In this document: in pieces, positions 9,779 through 18,119 of the stretch | Position numbering within the stretch: the first letter of the stretch is position 1 | Layout of the letters: each line of letters starts with the position of its first letter | Assembly (NCBI GenBank): GCA_964195735.1 | Contig: CAXMQY010000021.1 | Span: forward strand, 1-63,916 | Direction: 5' to 3' | Source of the DNA: an uncultured Haliangium sp. | Lineage (GTDB): Bacteria; Pseudomonadota; Gammaproteobacteria; GCA-001735895 | Length of the DNA stretch: 63,916 bases | The notes under the pieces: model-generated | What the model saw: the letters and a program-made list of their open reading frames with translations, nothing else | What the model was told of the DNA's origin: nothing | Database searches by the model: none | Made by a program: the position numbers and the translations under genes

Positions 9779-10717
9779 TCACAGATCCTCGCCCAGGCCG
9801 ACATCGTTACTGGCCACAGCCCACATGGCCTTGCCCTCCTTCTCCGAGAGGCTGACCTCCGTCCTCGTCGCAGATTGGGAAATGTAATTCTCGTCCTTGT
9901 GCTTCTCCTCGTTGTAGATTGTGGTAACTGGCTCGCACAGGAAGTAATAGCCACCGCTCTGACCTTCTACCTCCTTCGAAGTGGCCAGGTGGATCGAGGT
10001 AAGCGCACCTTCCTCAACCGGTATCCCAGATTCATTGGTTCTGCCACCCTTTGTCCACAGGGCAGTGTTGACATTTCCAGGATGGAGCCCATTGCTCGTC
10101 ACCACGGACCCTGCAACCTTCAGTCGGCGGGCAAACTCGTTGGACAGCAGGATATTGGCTAGCTTGCTGCGCCCGTACGCGAACCACTGGTCATAACCAT
10201 CCTCGCTCTCGTGCTCCCTGGTGAGGAGTTCGTAATCGACTGCCTGAGGGTGAAGCCTGTGTGCCCCGGATGCAACATGGACAATACGGCCGGTCGGTCC
10301 CTCTGCGGTATTAATAGCCGGAAGAAGCAGGCGGCAAAAGTAGAAATGCCCGAGGACATTGACCTGCCATTGCTGCTCGAAACCATCACCCGTTTTGCAC
10401 CAGGGCAGAGCCATAACTCCCGCGTTGAGCACGCAGACGTTGAGCGTTCGTTTTGTTCCCAGGAAAGTACCCGCAGCCTTCTTGACCGACTCAAGTGAGG
10501 AAAGGTCGAGGACCAGCGACTCGGCTGTGCTCCCCTTTGGACCGCCCTGAAGCAGGCTCGTTACAGCTTCATCCGCCTTCTTTTGTGAACGAGCGCAGAC
10601 CACGAGGTGGAACCCTTCCTTCAGCAGTCCCTTGCATGTCTCAAGACCGATTCCTGCGTTGCCACCGGTCACTAAGGCGATGGGGGCGGCGACTTCCTTC
10701 TTCTCATCAGTTGACAT
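9779..10717 (-). CDS. SDR, retinol-dehydrogenase/WWOX-like subfamily
   Basis: Contains IALVTGGNAGIGLETCK, NAG and YGRSK motifs. The likely start is the ATG at 10717 (MSTDEKK); the ORF track GTG is at 10753. Codon choice strongly favours AAG and GAG. No Shine-Dalgarno is visible, and the ATG context is CCACCATG. Confidence 0.8.
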   Translation of the reverse strand: MSTDEKKEVAAPIALVTGGNAGIGLETCKGLLKEGFHLVVCARSQKKADEAVTSLLQGGPKGSTAESLVLDLSSLESVKKAAGTFLGTKRTLNVCVLNAGVMALPWCKTGDGFEQQWQVNVLGHFYFCRLLLPAINTAEGPTGRIVHVASGAHRLHPQAVDYELLTREHESEDGYDQWFAYGRSKLANILLSNEFARRLKVAGSVVTSNGLHPGNVNTALWTKGGRTNESGIPVEEGALTSIHLATSKEVEGQSGGYYFLCEPVTTIYNEEKHKDENYISQSATRTEVSLSEKEGKAMWAVASNDVGLGEDL

Positions 10718-10911
10718 GGTGGAGAAGCTAGCATGGCATTTCCCAGTTGTCACTCAGGTAGATGCTCTGAAAAATCCTTGAGCACCACGAGCACTGCTAT
10801 CACATCGTGTAGGAGGGAAAATGGTGGCTGCGCCCCTATTTGAACAGGGGATCCCTTTAATTATGAGTATTCCACCCCATTTCAATTCAATAATAATCTT
10901 AGATTCTGGCC

Positions 10912-11039
10912 TTTATTCGCTGCGAATTATTGAAGCCCAGGCGTCCGCTACGTGCCGAAAGTCGCCTCTCACTTAACTAATTCGAGTGTCTGCTTTGGTA
11001 GGGTATTGGCTGTTTTGAATATGTCCTGGGCGTTTGCTA
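10912..11039 (+). repeat. Copy D (short form, more degenerate ends) of the cassette-boundary repeat family
   Basis: Reads TTTATTCGCTGCGAATTATTGAAGCCCAGGCGTCCGCTACGTGCCGAAAG...GAGTGTCTGCTTTGG...CCTGGGCGTTTGCT. Internal spacing matches copy C (29 nt from arm to core, 45 nt between heptamers). Confidence 0.65.
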
Positions 11040-11171
11040 TCTGGGAAAAGACAGCGTTTGAGTGGTGTGATATGTACATCTTGATGGCCGAAAACTGCTA
11101 TTTTTAGCTGGCACAAATGAATCTAAGTGGCGCGTAGGTAACTGATTAATACAACACCTGGCCGAGATCGA

Positions 11172-11423
11172 TCAGCCCCCTTTGATCGGTGGCAGCAGTA
11201 CAACCTCGTCGTCACTGTGGATGGTGATGTCGGCATAGTCCTCACGCGATACTTTTACATCGTTGATGATCACGATATAGGCTTTTTGCGGGGGAATCGA
11301 CAGCTTGGCCAGCAACGCATCGAGACGCTCGCCTTCCGCGAGCGGAAGGCTGCATTTATTGAACGAACTGCCGGCGGGCAGGAAGTGACGCAGCCCGCCG
11401 AACAGGGTGACCGAAATATCCAT
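11172..11423 (-). CDS. MoaD/ThiS-family ubiquitin-like sulfur-carrier protein
   Basis: 83 aa ending ...LLPPIKGG. It lies immediately downstream of the AOR gene. Confidence 0.7.
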   Translation of the reverse strand: MDISVTLFGGLRHFLPAGSSFNKCSLPLAEGERLDALLAKLSIPPQKAYIVIINDVKVSREDYADITIHSDDEVVLLPPIKGG

Positions 11424-11438
11424 GCGAGGAACTGAAAC

Positions 11439-13247
11439 TCAGTTCAGGTTGAGACGCTGCAGAGTTTCCTCGGTGGGTACGCCTTCCGCATCCCAGCCGT
11501 TCAGCTGGTAGTACTCGGGTAGCATTTCATCGAGCTTACACACCAGGCCCTTGCCGGTGCCGACATCGGCAGGTTCGGTAAGAATGCGCTTCGGAAGCGT
11601 ATCGTCTTTCTTGCCGAGACCTGCTTTCAGGTTGAACAGCTTTTCCAGGTTCCAGATGCGTTCGCCGGTTTGCTGGCTGTCCCAGCTGCCGTCGCAGGCA
11701 CCGTTGACGAGTTCGATGTAATCGTCCATGCCCCAGCCGCAACCGCCCGGAAACAGGCATAGCCCGCTCGAGTCGATGAAGGCGACATCGCGCTGTGATT
11801 CGGCGACGACCTTGGCCTTGCCGGGGGTATCGGTGGTTTCGAAATCGTGTCCGTAGGGGTCGGCGCGCAGGTGACAGGCGCCGCGATTACTGGTTGCGTA
11901 GGCGAGCCCCATACCCTGCATCGAACGCCCGTCATAGGCGGCGAATTCCTGGCCCTTGACCGTCATTGACAAGTCCGGGTGGCCGTACTTTTCGCACAGG
12001 CGCTTCGATCCCATCGCGATGTCGACGCCGAATCCCTCGCCCTTGCCGGTGAGTTCGGCGATCTGGCAAAGCGCCTCGGCCGAGCCGAACTCCAGCTTGA
12101 TGCCGCCGGTAACGCTATCGTCGATCGCGCCAATATCGTAGAGCTCCATCGCCGCGGCGATGGTGCCACCCATTGAAATCGGGTCCATGCCGTATTCGTT
12201 GCAGATGAAACCGGCGAAGGTCGCCGCGTCTATATCGTCGACACCACAGGCAGCGCCCAGCGCGTAAGCCGTTTCATACTCGAGGCCACCGGAGGCGCCG
12301 TGGTACTCGGGCCTGTCCTTGACCGAAAAATGGGTCGGGTCGATCTTGCAGATACGACCGCAACCAATGGTGCAGCCGAAGCAGGCGCCGTTGGTGACGA
12401 TGTTGGTGTGGCCGTTTGCATTCGGCGTATGCATCGCCTCAGGGTTGAGCTTGTTGGCGCCTTCGAAGCGCACGCTACGATTATTGCGCGTCGGCAGGCT
12501 GCCGAAACCGTTGGTGACGTCCATCATCGCGAGCGTACCGTCGCGTGCCATTTCTTCCCGGTCAGTCATGCGCGCATTGACGGCATTGACGATGTCATAA
12601 AACGCCTTGGGGTTTTTGGCGCGTACGCCGCGCGTGCCACGCACCGCGATCGTCTTGAGCTTCTTGGAACCCATCACCGCGCCGACGCCGGAGCGACCGG
12701 CGGCGCGATGCTTGTCGTTGACCACGCAGGCGTAGCGGCACAGGGTTTCACCGGCCTGGCCGATGCCGGCGAAGCGCATCAGCGGGTCGCTGTACTTTTT
12801 GGCCAGCAGGTCCTCGGTTTCCCAGACAGTCTTGCCCCAGATATCGCTGGCGTCGCAGATTTCGACCTTGTCGTCTTCAATGTGCAGGTAAACCGGCTTG
12901 TCCGATTCGCCCTCGATGATCAGCATGTCGTAGCCCGCATTTTTCAATTCGCCACCGAATTTGCCGCCGGAATTGGAACAGGCGATGGCGCCGGTGAGCG
13001 CACCCTTGGTGACCACGGTGTAGCGGCCGCCGGTGGAGGCCATGGTGCCGGTGAGGGGGCCGGTTGCGAAGATCACCTTGTTCTCGGCCGACAGGGCATC
13101 CGCTGCGGGATCCATTTCCTCGTACAGGTACTTGCTGGCGAGCCCGCGAGAGCCGAGGAAAGCCTCTGCCCATTCCATGTTCAGCGGTTCGACATTGCAA
13201 CTACCCGTGCTCAGGTTTACACGCAGAATTTGTTTTTGCCAGGCCAT
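11439..13247 (-). CDS. Aldehyde:ferredoxin oxidoreductase family enzyme (tungsto/molybdopterin + 4Fe-4S)
   Basis: N-terminus MAWQKQILRVNLSTGS; Cys cluster GACFGCTIGCGRIC; DSSGLCLF motif. The ATG at 13247 is preceded by GGAGG; the ORF track start at 13370 is probably too long. Confidence 0.85.
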   Translation of the reverse strand: MAWQKQILRVNLSTGSCNVEPLNMEWAEAFLGSRGLASKYLYEEMDPAADALSAENKVIFATGPLTGTMASTGGRYTVVTKGALTGAIACSNSGGKFGGELKNAGYDMLIIEGESDKPVYLHIEDDKVEICDASDIWGKTVWETEDLLAKKYSDPLMRFAGIGQAGETLCRYACVVNDKHRAAGRSGVGAVMGSKKLKTIAVRGTRGVRAKNPKAFYDIVNAVNARMTDREEMARDGTLAMMDVTNGFGSLPTRNNRSVRFEGANKLNPEAMHTPNANGHTNIVTNGACFGCTIGCGRICKIDPTHFSVKDRPEYHGASGGLEYETAYALGAACGVDDIDAATFAGFICNEYGMDPISMGGTIAAAMELYDIGAIDDSVTGGIKLEFGSAEALCQIAELTGKGEGFGVDIAMGSKRLCEKYGHPDLSMTVKGQEFAAYDGRSMQGMGLAYATSNRGACHLRADPYGHDFETTDTPGKAKVVAESQRDVAFIDSSGLCLFPGGCGWGMDDYIELVNGACDGSWDSQQTGERIWNLEKLFNLKAGLGKKDDTLPKRILTEPADVGTGKGLVCKLDEMLPEYYQLNGWDAEGVPTEETLQRLNLN

Positions 13248-13347
13248 CAGGATACCTCCGAGATATTTGTTTTCTGGACACGATTGTATATGCTGCTGCA
13301 TTGTTTGAACACATGTTCGCGGCTGATATTCAGCCGAAATGAGGTAG

Positions 13348-13665
13348 ATGGAAATGATCAGGGTAATCATTGAGCGTGAAATCGCGGAAGGGCTCGAGGA
13401 ATTTTATGAATCCGAAATCGCTAACCTGCTCGGCGTCATGGCGAGTGCCGGCGGCTATCTGTCGGGCGAATCGCTGGTGGATATCCAGCGGCCAAACCGT
13501 TATGTCGTCGTGACCCGCTGGGCGGACGAAGCGGCCTGGGAGCGCTGGTACCGCTCCAGCGAACGCCAGCAAATGCTGGATGCGATCCGGCCGTTCCTGC
13601 TGCACGAAGAAAAGTTTACGCTGCTACGACAACTGATATTTCACCAGGGCCAGTCGGCGGCCTGA
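13348..13665 (+). CDS. ABM-domain (antibiotic biosynthesis monooxygenase-like) protein
   Basis: About 100 aa with the pattern ...YVVVTRWADEAAWERWYRSSERQ..., typical of the ABM ferredoxin-like fold. The start may be the ATG at 13354. Confidence 0.5.
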   Translation: MEMIRVIIEREIAEGLEEFYESEIANLLGVMASAGGYLSGESLVDIQRPNRYVVVTRWADEAAWERWYRSSERQQMLDAIRPFLLHEEKFTLLRQLIFHQGQSAA

Positions 13666-13748
13666 CCACCGCTACCCGGTGATCATGCGCGCATACCGGT
13701 GCCGGTAAAATCGGTCGACCAAAGCCCCGGATATCGGGTAGAATCGCC

Positions 13749-14104
<356 letters not shown>

Positions 14105-14109
14105 CCCGC

Positions 14110-14139
14110 GGGGGCGCATGTACATGCGCCCCCGTTTTG
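14110..14139 (+). terminator. Rho-independent terminator of rnpB
   Basis: Perfect 24-nt palindrome GGGGGCGCATGTACATGCGCCCCC followed by GTTTTG. Confidence 0.75.
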
Positions 14140-14258
14140 CGTGCATTGGCTTAGCCCCTGTTTTTATGACATCCTCGGCGAAATAAAGGGGTGCATCGCA
14201 GTGTCAGTGCGCTGGTGATCACCCGACACTTAAACCAGATACCCGCGGGTTATTCGCC

Positions 14259-17200
14259 ATGGCAACCAGCAAGCAATTCGACGCTCTTCACGCAAATCCC
14301 TTTCGTGCCGCGGTCAGGCAAAACTACGCTGCCGACGAAGCGGTGGTCCTCGGCGACCTGCGAGCACGGATTCGACTCGACCTGGACCAGCGCCTGGCGA
14401 TCGCCGCCGCGGCTGCGCAGACGGTCGAGCGCGTGCGCCGCGAGACTTCACCGTCGATGATGGAAAGCTTTCTCGCCGAGTACGGGCTGTCAACCGAGGA
14501 GGGCGTAGGCCTGATGTGTCTGGCCGAGGCCCTGTTACGTGTACCCGATGCAGAAACCATCGACGAGTTGATCTACGACAAGATCGAGCCCTCCAACTGG
14601 GGTGCCCACCTCGGACACTCGTCGTCACCCTTGATCAACGCATCTACCTGGGCCTTGCTGCTGACCGGTAAGGTATTGGAGGACGATCCGAACAAGCCCG
14701 CCGCGGCACTGCGCCGCCTGGTACGACGGGTGGGGGAGCCGCTGGTGCGCACCGCGGTGGCGCAGGCGATGAAATTGCTGGGTCGACAGTTCGTGCTCGG
14801 GCAGACCATCGACGAGGGCCTGCGCAATGCGCACGATCTCGAACAGGAGGGTTACACCTATTCCTACGATATGCTCGGCGAAGCCGCGCGTACCGAGGCC
14901 GACGCGGTGCGTTACCACCAGGCATATGCGATGGCGATCGACGTGATCGCGAAACAGGCATCGGGTGATGTCCGCTCCAGCCCCGAGATATCGGTCAAGC
15001 TGTCGGCCCTGCATCCACGTTACGAGTACACCCACCTTGCCGTCGTCATGGAAGAACTGGTACCGCGTGCTTTGAACCTCGCGCAACAGGCAGCGGCCGC
15101 CAACATCGGCTTTAACATCGATGCCGAGGAGCAGGACCGGCTGGACCTGTCGCTGGACATCATCGAGCGCTTACTGTCCGATCCCACGCTCGCCGGCTGG
15201 GACGGGCTCGGCATCGTGGTGCAGGCTTACGGCAAGCGCGCCGCGGCGGTAATCGAATCCCTTTACGACATGACCGAACGCAACGATCGCAAGATCATGG
15301 TGCGCCTGGTCAAGGGCGCCTACTGGGACACCGAGGTGAAACTGGCGCAGGAACTGGGCGTGGCGTCGTTCCCGGTATTTACCCGCAAGATCAACACCGA
15401 TGTCAGTTACATGGCCTGCGCACAAATGTTGATGGACCGGCGCGACCGCATATACCCGCAGTTCGCGACGCACAATGCGCATACCTGCGCCGCGGTGCTG
15501 GCGATGGCCGGCGACGACAAGGACAGCTTCGAATTTCAGCGCCTGCACGGTATGGGTGAATCGCTGCATGATATCGTGCGCAGCACACACGGCGCGCACT
15601 GTCGCATTTATGCGCCGGTCGGCGCGCATCGCGACCTGCTCGCCTACCTGGTGCGACGCCTGCTGGAAAACGGTGCCAACAGTTCTTTCGTTAACCAGGT
15701 CGTCGATGAAAGTATTCCCGCCGCCGACATTACCCGCGACCCGGTCGCGGAAGTCGAAGCGCTGGGCGATGCTATAGCCAGCCCGATGATTCGGCGACCG
15801 CTCGATTTGTTTGCGCCGCAACGCCGCAATTCGAAGGGTTTTCGAATTAATGAGCCGGCCTCGATCTCACCCTTGTTGCAGGCGCGTGAGAAGTTCGCCG
15901 ACCACGTCTGGACCGCCGCACCGATGATCGTCGGCGATCCCATGCCAGCGGGCGAGACGCGCCAGGTCTTTTCGCCCGCCGATAGCAGCCGTGTCGTCGC
16001 CGAGGTCCAGGATGCGACGGCGGCGGAAGTTGCGATGGCGTTGGATGCGGCCCTGGATGGTTTTGACGAATGGTCCGCCTGGCCGGTTGCCGAGCGTGCC
16101 GCTGTGTTGCGCCAGGTCGCCGACCTGTATGAGGACAATGTCGCTGAACTTACCGCGATCACCACCCGTGAGGCTGGAAAAACAGTGCTCGATGGCATCG
16201 CCGAGGTGCGCGAAGCCGTTGATTTCCTGCGCTACTACGCGGATGAGGCCGAACGTCTCGAGGACGAGATTCCTGGGATGCCCTGTGGGGTTTTTGTCTG
16301 TATAAGCCCGTGGAACTTTCCACTGGCGATCTTCAGCGGACAGATTGCAGCGGCGCTTGCCGCCGGCAACGCGGTGCTGGCCAAGCCGGCCGAACAGACG
16401 CCGGTGATTGCGGCCCGCGCGGTTGCCCTGATGCGCGAGGCGGGATTGCCACCTGCGGCGTTGCAGCTGTTACCCGGTGACGGGCCGACGGTGGGTGGCC
16501 CGCTGACTTCGGACCCGCGCATTGCCGGTGTCTGCTTTACCGGCTCGACCGAGGTCGCACAAATCATTCACAGGACGCTGGCGCAAAACGCCGGGCCCGA
16601 TGCGGTGCTGATCGCCGAGACCGGTGGACTCAATGCGATGATCGTCGACAGTACCGCGCTGACGGAGCAGGCGGTGCGCGATATCCTGATCTCGTCGTTC
16701 CAGTCGGCCGGACAACGCTGTTCGGCATTGCGCATGCTGTACGTGCAGGAAGAAGCACGCGAGCGACTGCTGGAAATGTTATACGGCGCGATGGAGGCGT
16801 TGACTATCGGCGACCCCTGGGATATTGCTACCGATGTATCGCCGGTTATCGATGTCGAGGCGCAACAGGACATCGACGCCTATGCCGCGACACAGCAATC
16901 CGCTGGCAAGCTGCTCAAGTCGTTGCCGATACCCGGGCAGGGCACTTATGTTTCACCGGCCGTGATCGAAGTCGATGGCATTGCCGATATGGAACGTGAA
17001 ATCTTCGGTCCGATATTGCACGTCGCCAGTTTCAAGGCGCGTGATATCGACAGGATAGTCGACGCCATCAACACGCGCGGTTATGGCCTGACCTTCGGCT
17101 TGCACACGCGCATCGACGACCGCGTGCAGCAGATCGTGGAGCGCATTCATGTGGGTAATGCCTACGTCAACCGCAACCAGATCGGCGCCATAGTCGGCTC

Positions 17201-17924
17201 GCAGCCATTTGGCGGCGAAGGACTTTCCGGTACTGGCCCGAAGGCGGGTGGGCCGCATTACCTGGAACGCTTCCGGCGCAGGGCGGCAAGCGAAGCGCTG
17301 GACGCACCGGATGCCAGTGCAGTCGACGCAAGCCTGGTCCAGGCGCAGATAGACGGGCTCGATGCGCGCAACTGGGCGGCGCGACCGGACCGCGTGGCGG
17401 TGTTGCGCAAGGCGCTCGGCGGTAGCGGTAGCATCATCCGCAAGGCGCTCGCGGAAACAGCTGCCTTTGACATGACGCCGCAAACGCTGCCCGGGCCGAC
17501 CGGTGAGAGCAACCGACTCAGTTTTCACCCGAAGGGAACCGTGCTGTGCCTCGGACCGACGGCCGAAATCGCAACCGCACAGGCGGCACAGGCATTGGGT
17601 GCGGGTTGCGCGGCCGTGATCGTGGCGCCAGCGGTCGGCAAGCTGGCCCAGCCATTGGCCGATGCCGGCGCACCGGTTGCCGTTGTCGATGGCACCGTCG
17701 CGGCCGAAAGTCTCGAGTCGCTGCGGGGTATTGCCGCGGTCGCCGCGGCCGGGGTCTCCGAGTGGACGCGTTCGCTGCGACTCGCGCTGGCGCAAAGACC
17801 CGGCGCCATCGTGGCGCTTGAGAACCAGATGATTGCGCCGGAGCGCTACGTACTGGAGCGCCACCTGTGCATCGATACCACCGCGGCCGGCGGCAATGCC
17901 AGCCTGCTGGCTGCGGTCGACTGA
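14259..17924 (+). CDS. putA: Bifunctional proline dehydrogenase / 1-pyrroline-5-carboxylate dehydrogenase
   Basis: 1221 aa. It has a PRODH barrel region (...VKGAYWDTE...RLLENGANSSF) followed by an aldehyde dehydrogenase domain (ISPWNFPLAI, ETGGLNA, QRCSA). Confidence 0.92.
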   Translation: MATSKQFDALHANPFRAAVRQNYAADEAVVLGDLRARIRLDLDQRLAIAAAAAQTVERVRRETSPSMMESFLAEYGLSTEEGVGLMCLAEALLRVPDAETIDELIYDKIEPSNWGAHLGHSSSPLINASTWALLLTGKVLEDDPNKPAAALRRLVRRVGEPLVRTAVAQAMKLLGRQFVLGQTIDEGLRNAHDLEQEGYTYSYDMLGEAARTEADAVRYHQAYAMAIDVIAKQASGDVRSSPEISVKLSALHPRYEYTHLAVVMEELVPRALNLAQQAAAANIGFNIDAEEQDRLDLSLDIIERLLSDPTLAGWDGLGIVVQAYGKRAAAVIESLYDMTERNDRKIMVRLVKGAYWDTEVKLAQELGVASFPVFTRKINTDVSYMACAQMLMDRRDRIYPQFATHNAHTCAAVLAMAGDDKDSFEFQRLHGMGESLHDIVRSTHGAHCRIYAPVGAHRDLLAYLVRRLLENGANSSFVNQVVDESIPAADITRDPVAEVEALGDAIASPMIRRPLDLFAPQRRNSKGFRINEPASISPLLQAREKFADHVWTAAPMIVGDPMPAGETRQVFSPADSSRVVAEVQDATAAEVAMALDAALDGFDEWSAWPVAERAAVLRQVADLYEDNVAELTAITTREAGKTVLDGIAEVREAVDFLRYYADEAERLEDEIPGMPCGVFVCISPWNFPLAIFSGQIAAALAAGNAVLAKPAEQTPVIAARAVALMREAGLPPAALQLLPGDGPTVGGPLTSDPRIAGVCFTGSTEVAQIIHRTLAQNAGPDAVLIAETGGLNAMIVDSTALTEQAVRDILISSFQSAGQRCSALRMLYVQEEARERLLEMLYGAMEALTIGDPWDIATDVSPVIDVEAQQDIDAYAATQQSAGKLLKSLPIPGQGTYVSPAVIEVDGIADMEREIFGPILHVASFKARDIDRIVDAINTRGYGLTFGLHTRIDDRVQQIVERIHVGNAYVNRNQIGAIVGSQPFGGEGLSGTGPKAGGPHYLERFRRRAASEALDAPDASAVDASLVQAQIDGLDARNWAARPDRVAVLRKALGGSGSIIRKALAETAAFDMTPQTLPGPTGESNRLSFHPKGTVLCLGPTAEIATAQAAQALGAGCAAVIVAPAVGKLAQPLADAGAPVAVVDGTVAAESLESLRGIAAVAAAGVSEWTRSLRLALAQRPGAIVALENQMIAPERYVLERHLCIDTTAAGGNASLLAAVD

Positions 17925-18119
17925 GGCCATTCATAAGAACCTGATTCCAATGTCACTTACATGAGCGACGTATCGGGATCTTGTGATGGCGGCAACTTGG
18001 CAAGCTCACGGCTCGGGGGTCGGGACGACTCCTCCGATTTTGTTAAGTGAGCGCCATTGAGGCCTGATCCCTTTTTACTCATCGAAAGCCTGGCGGCCTG
18101 CCCGAACAACTGCGGGGGT

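Noticed and set aside
12300-13373. Long antisense ORFs opposite real genes. These are 12300-13373(+) versus AOR, 16953-17930(-) versus putA, 29788-31011(-) versus murD, 33330-34532(-) versus murC, 38618-39604(-) versus ftsZ, 45386-46549(+) versus valS, 50500-51588(+) versus pepA and 8065-8793(-) versus the MFS gene.
   Set aside because: These are shadow frames typical of GC-rich coding DNA. Their translations are Arg/Ala/Gly/Pro-rich low-complexity sequence with no recognisable motifs. The opposite strand carries unmistakable conserved proteins.
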